A stretch of DNA of 64,000 bases from an uncultured Nitrososphaeraceae archaeon (GTDB taxonomy: Archaea > Thermoproteota > Nitrososphaeria > Nitrososphaerales > Nitrososphaeraceae): positions 1 to 64,000 of the forward strand of contig CAWIMJ010000009.1 in NCBI GenBank assembly GCA_963837175.1, given 5' to 3'. Positions 11,202 through 21,219 of this stretch are shown here, in pieces. The position numbers were made by a program, and so were the translations under genes. Each line of letters starts with the position of its first letter. Within the stretch, counting starts at the first letter, position 1. The notes beneath the pieces are model-generated. The model was not told where the DNA came from and searched no databases. It was given only the letters and a program-made list of their open reading frames with translations.

Positions 11202-12599
11202 TTATTTGGCCCAAGTAAGAAACATAATAATAACTGACACACCCATTATCAAAATAGTAATCCAGCCAATTACATTTGATATTCTTCCATTGGCTTTACT
11301 TTGCATTATTTTTTTATCATTAGCAATCTTCATGATTGAAACAAGAATAGGTACAGCTACAACTGCATTAATAACGGCTGCATACACTAGAGCCTTTATT
11401 GGATCTATATTTATGAAATTTATACATAATCCTATTAGGGTTGCTGCAGATACTGTCACGTAAAATGCTTTGGCATTTTTGAATTTCTTATAAAGACCTT
11501 GTTTCCATCCAAATCCGTCTGCTAATGCATAGCCAGCGGATCCAGCCAAAACCGGTACTGCCAACAGTCCGGTACCTATTATACCTAATGCAAAAACTAC
11601 TTCTGATATCTGTCCTGCATTTGGAAAAGACTTTACAAGCGGTTCTAGTGCATTTGCTGCCTGTTCTGCTGTCTGTATATCCGTTATACCATTAGCATAA
11701 AGGCTTCCTGCCGCGGTTAATATTATGGTCCACATAATAAAATGAGAAAATGCTATACCAATTGCAATATCTGATCTCATTACCTTGACTTCCTTTTGGC
11801 TAACGTGTGGTATGTTGGCTTTATCTCTATCACCACTACTAATTTCTTTTATCTTATGTTTGTCAACATCTTCTTCAGCTTCCTCTGAAGCCTGCCAGAA
11901 GAACAAATACGGAGAGATTGAAGTTCCAAATATAGCTACAAACATCATTGCAAATTCAGGTGTAAATTCTATGTGAGGCACTATGGTTGCAACTATAATT
12001 TCGTTCAAGTTACCACCGACAATTATTGCAGTTATGAAATATGCAAAAAGAGAGAGCGTTAGATACTTCAGTATCTTTACATAGTTTTTATAAGGAACTC
12101 GAATTTCTGCCGCAAGAATAAATGCTGCAAAAGAAATAGTAGCAACAATAAATGGTATTTGAGGAAATATGAGTCTGACTGATGCTGACATAGCGCCAAT
12201 ATCAGCACCAATATTTATTGTGTTTGCAATAAAAAGAAGGCTTACAATTGGAAAAACAATTTTTTTAGAGTATTTTTTCTTTATGACTGCTGCTAATCCT
12301 CCACCAGTTACAAGTCCTATGCGTGCACACATTTCTTGAATAACTGTCATAATAGGATACTGGAATAGAACTAGCCATAACATTCCAAAGCCAAACCTTG
12401 CACCAGCTTGTGAAAATGTTGCTATTCCTGATGGATCGTCATCTGATGCTCCAGTTATTATTCCAGGTCCTAAAGATTTTAAGATTTGTTTTAGCTTTGG
12501 TGACAGTAAATGTGGTTTTATTGAGAATAGGTGTCTAAGGTTGACCTTTTTTTTATTATTTTTACTTAATTCATGTTCCCTTCTAATATCTTCAACCAA
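11202..12599 (-). CDS. NRAMP-family divalent metal transporter
   Basis: GPGIITGASDDDPSGIATFSQAGA, GTSISPYLFFWQ, about 11 TMs. Confidence 0.9.
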   Translation of the reverse strand: MVEDIRREHELSKNNKKKVNLRHLFSIKPHLLSPKLKQILKSLGPGIITGASDDDPSGIATFSQAGARFGFGMLWLVLFQYPIMTVIQEMCARIGLVTGGGLAAVIKKKYSKKIVFPIVSLLFIANTINIGADIGAMSASVRLIFPQIPFIVATISFAAFILAAEIRVPYKNYVKILKYLTLSLFAYFITAIIVGGNLNEIIVATIVPHIEFTPEFAMMFVAIFGTSISPYLFFWQASEEAEEDVDKHKIKEISSGDRDKANIPHVSQKEVKVMRSDIAIGIAFSHFIMWTIILTAAGSLYANGITDIQTAEQAANALEPLVKSFPNAGQISEVVFALGIIGTGLLAVPVLAGSAGYALADGFGWKQGLYKKFKNAKAFYVTVSAATLIGLCINFINIDPIKALVYAAVINAVVAVPILVSIMKIANDKKIMQSKANGRISNVIGWITILIMGVSVIIMFLTWAK

Positions 12600-13039
12600 T
12601 ATTTTTCACCATGTTTGAACTATGTTTTCCCATTATTGCAAATATTCTAAAGTTATTATAATCTATATAACATCTTTTTTAAATACCACTTAACTATGTT
12701 ATTACAGATTCTTTCTATACTTGCTGTCGTTATAATGACAATTTAGATGCTGAAACACCACCTAATGTTGTCTAATAATGAAACTGAAAAACACCTTGTT
12801 TCGCATTGAGGATAGCGCCTAGTCTCTTCATGGAATTAGATTATCAGAATTATTACTATAACTAGGAATATTTAATCATATACTGATACCTGTGTACATA
12901 AATGGAAACTAGGTGAAGATAACCTATGAAGATAAGACCAATTTTGGATGATGGTTGTTATATCTTATAGAGGTTATTCTTGCAAAATTGACATAATGTG
13001 ACCATTAACAAATTCTGTCTCTATTAAATCGTTCTTGTG

Positions 13040-13300
13040 AATTCATTATTGTATCCTACTTTCTCCTCCAATAGCTTAATTATATAATTATAATTTTCAA
13101 GCGAATGGTACTCGATTACCACATTTTTTATCTTCTGTTGGGTTAATGTGTTGATTGCACCTTTTAGAGCTAAAACTTCTGCACCTTCTACACATCTATT
13201 TTAAGTAATGAGATTTCATTTATGCCAGATCATTTATTTAGATAATATTATCGATTTCATTATTCTGTGAATGTGCCCGCGTTATTATATCTAATATTAT
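13040..13300 (-). pseudogene. FkbM-family methyltransferase remnant
   Basis: INEISLLKIDV/EGAEVLALKGAINTL...VVIEYHS across frameshifts and stops. Confidence 0.55.
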
Positions 13301-13879
13301 TATTATCATTTTAAATTTGACCTAAAATAAATCCAAGTAATAATTATAGAAGTTTGCCTCTTTTGTGGCTGGCTAAAGAAAAAGAAGAGATAAACATGAA
13401 AAATCCAATTCTTTGGATTTAGCAATGGCATAGATTATCATATATAGTCAAACACATTTCACAATAATATTTCTCCCTTGAGGTACGGATAATTTTTATA
13501 TTCTTGCTTTTGTTTGTTCTCCAACAGCTGTTACATCTCAGTACAAAATTACTAATGGCTGGATCCCATTCCTCCATAGATGCATTATATTGTGTCATCT
13601 GAGATATTTAAATGATAAATGCAATGTTCGATCAATTACGTCCTACAATAATATGTATTGCAAATATGAATAAAATCTGTCTTATATTCAACCTATTGCT
13701 AATTATAGAATTGGTATTATATATTATACATATTATATTTTAACAAACTGTCATTGAATTACATGCTGTCAACTATTATTTCTGATTAGATCTTGTTAGT
13801 CCGTTTAACCTTCTTCTTATAGCTAATTCCCATTAGTGATATTTGTATCCTCTAAATATTATTTTGTGTACCTTTTACT

Positions 13880-14056
13880 ATGGTAGGAAAATCAAAAGGT
13901 AACAAACGAGTAAACAAGAATGCAACCAAAGAAAAGAGCAAAGACTCTAATAAAAACAAGAGAATGGCAAAGATCAAAAATGATTTAGGAGGAGGCCAGT
14001 CAAGAGGTAAAAATAAAAAAAAGTTATTGCATAGTGGTATTGGCTCATCAAGTTAG
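13880..14056 (+). CDS. Small (58 aa) highly basic Lys-rich protein
   Basis: MVGKSKGNKRVNKNATKEKSKDSNKNKRMAKIKNDLGGGQSRGKNKKKLLHSGIGSSS*; AT-rich TATA-like sequence about 25 bp upstream. Confidence 0.45.
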   Translation: MVGKSKGNKRVNKNATKEKSKDSNKNKRMAKIKNDLGGGQSRGKNKKKLLHSGIGSSS

Positions 14057-14057
14057 G

Positions 14058-14297
14058 CTACGACTGCAGAGGGAAAGATACTAAGTCATCCATAACCGGC
14101 TCACCGAATGTTATTGTGCCATCGTTAGTACATTCAGCATTACCCCTACATTTGTTCTTTTGCTCTTGTTCGAAACTAAAATCCGAATCCTGTGCACTTG
14201 CTTGTTGTTGCATTGCAATAGGTACCACAGCTAGTCCTGCTGACAGAATTGCCACCGCTCCTACGATTCCAATCATTAGTAAAGTTGAGTTGTTCAT
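14058..14297 (-). CDS. Small secreted Cys-pair peptide
   Basis: Signal peptide ending QQQASA, then DFSFEQEQKNKCRGNAECTNDGTITFG. Confidence 0.75.
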   Translation of the reverse strand: MNNSTLLMIGIVGAVAILSAGLAVVPIAMQQQASAQDSDFSFEQEQKNKCRGNAECTNDGTITFGEPVMDDLVSFPLQS

Positions 14298-14499
14298 TTT
14301 ATTTTCTTATGAAGATGGATGTACCAATAGTTTATTTATTTTTAAAAAATTAATACTTAGTTTATTTAATAGATACATAGTAGATATAAAATTATAGAAA
14401 AATATATAATTTTTAATATCCATCACATAATTCAAAAATGTTTTTAAGTCACATTAATCTCATTCAAAAGGCAAGAAATTTATTATACAAGGACTTTTT

Positions 14500-14758
14500 G
14501 AGCACTACTCTCGTTGTGCGGATTATTCAATGAATATTAGAAAAACTATTAGATAGTAAAAAAATTCTAAGTGTATCTCATATACTAAAATATGGTGGTC
14601 AATAACACTTGACGCCAATTCAAAAAGATAGACCGGGATATGAGACACAGCACACAGATAATTAGCAGCTGATCAAACAAAATAACATCTACAAAATTCG
14701 ATATTAGTTTATCCAATATGTAATGAAATTCTGGGTATAACAATTGAGGCAAATCTAT
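14500..14758. repeat. Conserved ~260 bp block, copy 2
   Basis: Direct repeat of 10666..10931. Confidence 0.9.
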
Positions 14759-15066
14759 CTTACATATCATCGGATCCCTTAATGACATTACTTCTTACAG
14801 GTCTCAGTATTTTTTGGACGGATAATAATTAATTATTCTACAATATTTCTCTAAATGTAAGGATATGAGCATATTGAACTTGAGAGAAAATCCGCAGAGG
14901 TAATACTATATGCATTATACTCATATTTTCTCGGTTAAGTTTGAGGAAAAAGAAAGGAAAGAAACCATGTTGCTATACTGAAGTGGGTTCAAAGATTTAA
15001 TCCAAAACATCTTTACTTTTGGAAAAGAGTATCAACTTTCAATCTGATTTCCAATAGTATTGTCCG

Positions 15067-15411
15067 CTACGTCTTCAAAAGAGACTCTTCGATGAATTTT
15101 TGATATTTTTCCTTTGGAGCAGCTCCTATAGTTCTTGCAACTTCTTTTCCTGCTTTAAAGAGAATAAGCGAAGGAATCGATTGAACGCCATATCTCATTG
15201 CTATTTCTTGATTTTCATCAACGTTGAGTTTTGCTACTTTTATTCTATCTCCCATTGTCTGCGACAACTGTTCTATAGCCGGCCCAACCATTCTGCAAGG
15301 ACCACACCATTCAGCCCAAAAATCAACGAAAACAGGTAGCTCTGATTTCAATACATCATTGTCCCATGAATTTGTTGTTGTGTGCACTACATTGTACTGT
15401 GAATTTTGCAT
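15067..15411 (-). CDS. trxA: Thioredoxin
   Basis: VDFWAEWCGPCRM, SIPSL. Confidence 0.95.
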   Translation of the reverse strand: MQNSQYNVVHTTTNSWDNDVLKSELPVFVDFWAEWCGPCRMVGPAIEQLSQTMGDRIKVAKLNVDENQEIAMRYGVQSIPSLILFKAGKEVARTIGAAPKEKYQKFIEESLLKT

Positions 15412-15756
15412 ATGTATTACTTAACAAAACATCTATTTTAATTCCTAAGTGATGAACTGGTTATCTGATAAAGTAGTGGTAAGTCAGCAAAATTATATAA
15501 TTTTGCATTTTTATAGGATTCATATCTGCTTGAACCCTATAGTTGAGTGGATTCAGCTAACAATTCAAAAAATTAGTCAAATACGAAATTCATTAGTAGA
15601 AATAAAGGTATTTTTGATACTAATACTTAGTAAACACACCTTGTGGTGCCAGTGGGATTTGAATCTTTGCTGGTAGAGGGGTTCAGTATATTTTAACGAC
15701 CCCAACTAAAAGAAGGTAATATTCATCAAATATATAAATCAATTCAAATTCAAAAC

Positions 15757-16454
15757 GGCTGTGTTTACTTAAGCCATCATCTCCGTATTATGATAATCAA
15801 CGAAAAAATTGAACCAATTTCTGATATGTTGTAGTTTACATTTTTCTTTTCTACTACAAGGAAAGTAGTCATGATCAAAGCTTTCGGTTCTATCCTTTTG
15901 ATGTACTCTGTATGGTTCTTTCAATCATGCTTTTCTCATAGGAGGAATGCAGATGATGATTATTCATATTCAGGAATTTACAAGCCTGTGGATAGAATAC
16001 CATGTACCACTACCATCAGTAGAGACTGGATGTTTTCCATATTTCCTAACCAATTCTTGTTGTAGAAATCGTTCAGCAACAAGCATTGTTCTTTTAAAGG
16101 AAATACGAATACCAAGAATTATTTTATCTATTGATTCAATTGCAATCCACAGCCATACAAATTCATTACGAACTTTAAGCAATGTTTCATCTATAATAAA
16201 TTCTGATAATACCTTCTTTCTCTTTTGAGATATCTTACTTGGCTTATTATATCGTTGAATCCAGTTCCAAATAGAAACATGGTTTCTTTTGATAAATGCA
16301 GACAAATGTTCTGATGTTTTCCTAAGAGAAAGACCTGAAAAATATAACTTTAATGCATAATAATAGATATACTTTGAAGATGTTCTATTTCTTTTGAACA
16401 TAAAGGCAATTAGTATATTGAAAGCTATAGGTTTAACCTTAAGTGAACAGAGCC
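15757..16454 (-). mobile_element. IS6-family insertion sequence with frameshifted transposase
   Basis: Terminal IRs GGCTGTGTTTACTTAAG (15757) and CTTAAGTGAACAGAGCC (ends 16454); LYFSGLSLRK, HVSIWNWIQRY, IDET, STDG. Confidence 0.9.
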
Positions 16455-16552
16455 CAGAAAACACATCATAAAACTATAAATAATATATATCATATCCTTG
16501 TCTTAAATGCTAGAATTTAGCAGTTGTTGCTGCTATAACAAGATGATTTATA

Positions 16553-17587
16553 ATGAGTTATGAAACCCCCATGAAAACGACCATTTCTCTTATATTATTT
16601 TCACTTTTGACTATGACGTTCCTGATATCTACTATAGTATTTTCTTCAGAAATAGGTACAGCTAATGCACAGAAATATTCTGTAATTGCTACTATACCTG
16701 TTGGTCAAGATCCATCTGGAGTTGCTATTAATCCCGCTAATGGCTTGGTATATGTAGCTGATTCAAACACAGTCTCTGTAATAAGTCCTGCAACTAACAC
16801 AATAGTTGCTTATCAATATATTGTTTTAGGTAGTGATCCAGTTGGAGTTGCTGTTAATCCAACTAATGGCTTTGTATATGTGAGCATGGCTGTTCCTGGT
16901 ACTGTCTATGTAGTAGATCCTGCAACTAACACAGTAGTTGCTAATGTACTTGTTGGTAGTGTTAGTCCTGGTTCATCTGGAGTTGCAATTAACCCAACTA
17001 ATGGCTTGGCATATGTGGCCACTCAAAGTTTACACATAGTCTATGTAGTAGATCCTGCAACTAACACAGTAGTTGCTACTATACCTGTTGGTGATGGTCG
17101 TACTCCATTTGGAGGTTCATATGGAGTTGCTATTAGCCCAACTAATGGCTTGGTATATGTGACCAATGTTCATTCAAACACAGTCTCTGTAATAAATCCT
17201 GCAACTAACACAGTAGTTGCTACTATACCTGTTGGTGGTAATCCATCTGGAGTTGCAATTAACCCAACTAATGGCTTGGTATATGTGACCAATGCTAATT
17301 CAAACACAGTCTCTGTAATAAATCCTAGAACTAACACAGTAATTGCTACTATACCTGTTGGTGATGGTCCATCTGGAGTTGCAATTAACCCAACTAATGG
17401 CTTGGTATATGTGACCAATGTTCGTTCAAACACAGTCTCTGTAATAAATCCTGCAACTAACACAGTAGTTGCTACTATACCTGTTGGTGATGGTCCATTT
17501 GGAGTTGCTTTTAACCCAACTAATGGCTTGGTATATGTGACCAATGTTCGTTCAAACACAGTCTCTGTAGTTTCTACAGTATCATAA
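16553..17587 (+). CDS. Secreted YVTN-repeat beta-propeller (YncE-like)
   Basis: Signal peptide plus seven 42-aa repeats [29 protein letters not shown]. Confidence 0.95.
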   Translation: MSYETPMKTTISLILFSLLTMTFLISTIVFSSEIGTANAQKYSVIATIPVGQDPSGVAINPANGLVYVADSNTVSVISPATNTIVAYQYIVLGSDPVGVAVNPTNGFVYVSMAVPGTVYVVDPATNTVVANVLVGSVSPGSSGVAINPTNGLAYVATQSLHIVYVVDPATNTVVATIPVGDGRTPFGGSYGVAISPTNGLVYVTNVHSNTVSVINPATNTVVATIPVGGNPSGVAINPTNGLVYVTNANSNTVSVINPRTNTVIATIPVGDGPSGVAINPTNGLVYVTNVRSNTVSVINPATNTVVATIPVGDGPFGVAFNPTNGLVYVTNVRSNTVSVVSTVS

Positions 17588-17859
17588 ACCCTGCTACTAC
17601 TACCACCACCAACTACTACTATACCAGGTTTAGATGCAGCAGCAGCAAAAGCAGCTAATCAAACATGCAGAGAAAAAGCAGTTGATTAAAGTGCTATAGT
17701 AGTAATGATTCCTCAAAGCACCATGGAAATGATGATGATGGGTAACAAGACTTCCTGACCGGCAGTAGATATAGTGATAATAAAGATGATGATGATGTTA
17801 TGACCGCATTAGAAAGTTTTGATGAGGAATTAAAAAGTGCAGCAAATGCATCAGGTATG

Positions 17860-18027
17860 TCTATACAACTTTATAGATAGAACAGAATGTTTTGATGATT
17901 ATTATTTTCCATGTAGAAAAAGAGATAACTGTAAACTAGAACATCATGTTAGCAATTGGATGATGAGTCAGTTTGTTTATATGCATAATAGAATGCTTAT
18001 TAAAGGAAAAATTAAGTGAACAGAGCC
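17860..18027 (+). mobile_element. IS6 3' fragment with right IR
   Basis: DRTECFDDYYFPCRKRDNCKLEH is the IS6 transposase C-terminus; TTAAGTGAACAGAGCC ends at 18027. Confidence 0.85.
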
Positions 18028-18297
18028 TTCAAAACAATAAAAATAAAATAAATTGAAGAATGAATGAACTATTAGAACGGTGTTCTCTCTTGAGGTACAA
18101 CAGACACATCGAACAGTCAACTGTAGATCTGAAACTGAAGGTGAATGGACGCAAACACAGGATCCGAGCTGACCCATGTACTTTTTCTCCTTAGTAAAGT
18201 GAATAAACCGATGTGTAAATTTCAAAATAGAAAATAAAACTCAAGGAGAGTTAGCAAGATGATGACTATAATCAGAGGGATCTAGTTCATCTATATC

Positions 18298-18585
18298 CTA
18301 GAGGGGAGTCATCTTATCTATTAAGCGGGCATTTGTAATCTGTCCATTCTTCTCCATTACAAGGAGATCGACAGTATATTGAATTCCATCAATTAGAAAT
18401 GTAACTTGAACATCCCAAGAATCTCGTCTGTCTTCTGTTGGAAGTCCTCCACCTGCAACCAATTGGTCGGAAATATATGGAAGCATTTCTCTAATTTGCA
18501 AGTTCTGAAAATCCTGGCCATACAGGCTTTCTATAGCTTTTCTTGCAGCTGCCTCGACATCGCTTCTTGTTTTGACCGGTTTCAT
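18298..18585 (-). CDS. Hypothetical 95-aa protein (PepSY-like alpha/beta pattern)
   Basis: Clean ORF with WDVQVTF...YTVDLLVMEKNGQIT. Confidence 0.65.
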   Translation of the reverse strand: MKPVKTRSDVEAAARKAIESLYGQDFQNLQIREMLPYISDQLVAGGGLPTEDRRDSWDVQVTFLIDGIQYTVDLLVMEKNGQITNARLIDKMTPL

Positions 18586-18872
18586 GTTGTTGAATTTAAG
18601 CCGCCCTTATCTATAAGAGTGTCGATATATTTTAAGACACTAAAATAAGTGGTATAAGCAGGATAGCGGCAAAATCCTAAAAGGCTTGGTCTCAGCTTTT
18701 TTGTATTTATCGTTATAACAAGTGATTCAGGGTCTACTTTTATTTTGGTAAAAGTATCGTTAACTACCATCTCATCAAGTGTATTGCAGTAAATGCCTTA
18801 TGAGGTTCACAGAAGAAGGATCATATTTTTCAGCTGACTCGATTCAAATATTAACCCGTAATATGCTGCATC

Positions 18873-20582
18873 ATGATGGAGTTCTTGAAACAAATGAGGC
18901 TTTTTGGAGATGATGTTCGACGGAGTCGTGGTAATCAAGCACGTAGATATAATCTCCTTGCCGCCATGCTAATAGCAGAAGTTGTAAAAAGCTTCCTAGG
19001 CCCTCGAGGAATGGAGAAAATTTTCATTGATATCTTGGGCGAAATTACGATAACGAAGGACGGGGCAACCTTCTTGCGTAAGATAGATGTGGAGCATCCT
19101 GCTGCAAAGGTTCTGATTGAGGCATCTAACGCTGTTGACAATGAGGTAGGCGATGGTACGACCTCGGTTATAGTTCTTGCAGGCGCATTAGTGAAGAGAG
19201 CTGATGAACTGTTGGACCTCGGATTCGCACCTACTGTTATCGCAGACGGCTATTCTGACGCCCTAGTGTTATCTCTGGATCTTTTGAGTAATCTATCCCA
19301 GCGAAGTTCTAATTCCGATCGCCAAATTATGCTATATTTAGCTCAGACTTGTTTGAACTCAAAGATGGTTTCTTGGCTTGGAATATCAGACATCGTGGCC
19401 AATATAGTAGTAGATGCTATTGTTATGTTATCAGATTTTCCGAATAATAGTGTGGAGACTGACGATATAAAAATAGAAGAGAAAATTGGAGACCCTTTTG
19501 AAACCAAGCTAATTCACGGTATGGTAATTGATAAGACTATCGACAGTTCAGCAATGCCAAGAACTATTAGCGATGCAAAAATACTCCTAATTGATCTGGA
19601 ACTAGAAGACAAGGGCACAAGAATTGATGCTGAAATTCGAGTCAATTCCCCCAGCGAGATCCAAGCTTTTTCCCAAGGTATGTCAGATAAGCTCAGAAAT
19701 AAGATTCAAAAGATAATTAGATCGGGAGCAAACGTTGTTATTTCTAGAAAGGGGATCAGTTTGCTTGCACAAAATCTTTTAGCTGAGTCAAAAATCATTT
19801 CTCTAAAAAGAGTAAAAGAAAATGATATGCATTGGATAGAAAGAGCTACTGGTGCAAAAATCACAAATGACTTGAGTATTGATTCTCTGAGCTCATATTT
19901 AGGATATGCAGGATATGTACACGAGTCACCTGTAGGACAGGATAAGATGGTATTCATTGAGGAATGTACCAATCCGAAATCTGTCACAATTTTGCTACGA
20001 TCAAGATCTAAATCGACTTTGGACGAATATCATCGTTCAGTGTTAGATGCCATCTTCGTGCTACGAAACTTTGTAGTAAGACCTTTTACTGTGTATGGTG
20101 GTGGATCATTTGAATCCATTATCGCAAACAGAATAAGGAAATTAGCAAATGCAACTAGCGGAAGAAAACAAATTGTTTTAGAGAAGTTTGCAGGAGCACT
20201 CGAAGAAATACCATTGACTATTGCCAGGAATGCCGGCATGGACGAGATGGAAACAACTGCTGAATTGCGAACAAGAATATCCAAACAAGTTGACGGCAAG
20301 ATAGGATGGTATGGAATAAACGCCATAGAAAGAAGGGTAGACGATATGCGTTTGAAGAGAGTATTAGAGTCTGTAGTTGTAAAAGAGCAAATTTTGAAAA
20401 CAGCTGTGGAAGTTACCTCTCTTCTAATTAGAGTTGACGATGTCTTGATGATGAAGCCTGTAATGAACACTCACACTCACACTGATGGAACTAAACATTC
20501 TCATTCTGGAGGGGATAAGAAACATGACCATTACTTTGACAAATTGGGAAAGCAACAGCGTCCCACGCATCACTATTATTAG
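18873..20582 (+). CDS. Divergent group II chaperonin (thermosome-like) subunit with His-rich C-terminal tail
   Basis: GPRGMEK, ITKDGAT, GDGTTS, RSVLDA, GGGSFE, IRVDDVL; tail HTHTDGTKHSHSGGDKKHDHY...THHYY. Confidence 0.9.
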   Translation: MMEFLKQMRLFGDDVRRSRGNQARRYNLLAAMLIAEVVKSFLGPRGMEKIFIDILGEITITKDGATFLRKIDVEHPAAKVLIEASNAVDNEVGDGTTSVIVLAGALVKRADELLDLGFAPTVIADGYSDALVLSLDLLSNLSQRSSNSDRQIMLYLAQTCLNSKMVSWLGISDIVANIVVDAIVMLSDFPNNSVETDDIKIEEKIGDPFETKLIHGMVIDKTIDSSAMPRTISDAKILLIDLELEDKGTRIDAEIRVNSPSEIQAFSQGMSDKLRNKIQKIIRSGANVVISRKGISLLAQNLLAESKIISLKRVKENDMHWIERATGAKITNDLSIDSLSSYLGYAGYVHESPVGQDKMVFIEECTNPKSVTILLRSRSKSTLDEYHRSVLDAIFVLRNFVVRPFTVYGGGSFESIIANRIRKLANATSGRKQIVLEKFAGALEEIPLTIARNAGMDEMETTAELRTRISKQVDGKIGWYGINAIERRVDDMRLKRVLESVVVKEQILKTAVEVTSLLIRVDDVLMMKPVMNTHTHTDGTKHSHSGGDKKHDHYFDKLGKQQRPTHHYY

Positions 20583-20835
20583 TCAAGTTTTCTAGAAGCA
20601 ACTGTCACAGTTTAGGATCCAAAAACCTCAGACAATTGTATCTAAGCATGAATTAATTTTTCTGGGAATGGAATTCGTGCTGAAAGGTTTAAGTAGGTGA
20701 CTTCGTCGGATACTACCTTAGGAAAATTTTTTGTTAGTTTAGTGCTTCGCATCGTTAGCTAACAAATATTCATCTCGTCATTATGGCTTTAGTACATTTA
20801 TTCCATGTCCTCGTTCGGCAGAAGCGCTCAGCTGT

Positions 20836-21219
20836 TTAGCTTAAGACATAGCGCGGGATTTTAATGGGCTCCTGAAGAGTTATGACGTATTGCTGTACTT
20901 TATCTAGTTCTACGTGAAAAACAATTTTTCTGATAGTTTCAGGGACTCCTATCATTACGCTATAAGGTGACAAAAGTGCTTTTGCCCCTCCTTCAATATG
21001 TTCGATAAGATTTTGTGCACGCAACTGTGAGACTACGTAATTGCAATATAATGCCAAGCATTCGTTAATATTGATTCTTAGGCCCATTACAAGCTTCTCT
21101 TTTATTTTATTCACCGAAGGAAGAAATATGGTATCGTAAGATTCATCTGAATATTCAAAGACCCTGAAAAAGGGTGGGGTGTCTTTTTCCCCAGTCACTG
21201 TTGCTTTGACACGGATCAA
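20836..21219 (-). CDS. Urease gamma-subunit-like protein (orphan)
   Basis: GLRININECLAL...LR...IEGGAKALLSPYSVMIGVPETIRKI...VITLQEPI parallels UreA GLKLNYPE..AL...R.G...VMEGVPEMI...VTVHNPI; TTGA overlap with the upstream gene. Confidence 0.75.
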   Translation of the reverse strand: MIRVKATVTGEKDTPPFFRVFEYSDESYDTIFLPSVNKIKEKLVMGLRININECLALYCNYVVSQLRAQNLIEHIEGGAKALLSPYSVMIGVPETIRKIVFHVELDKVQQYVITLQEPIKIPRYVLS

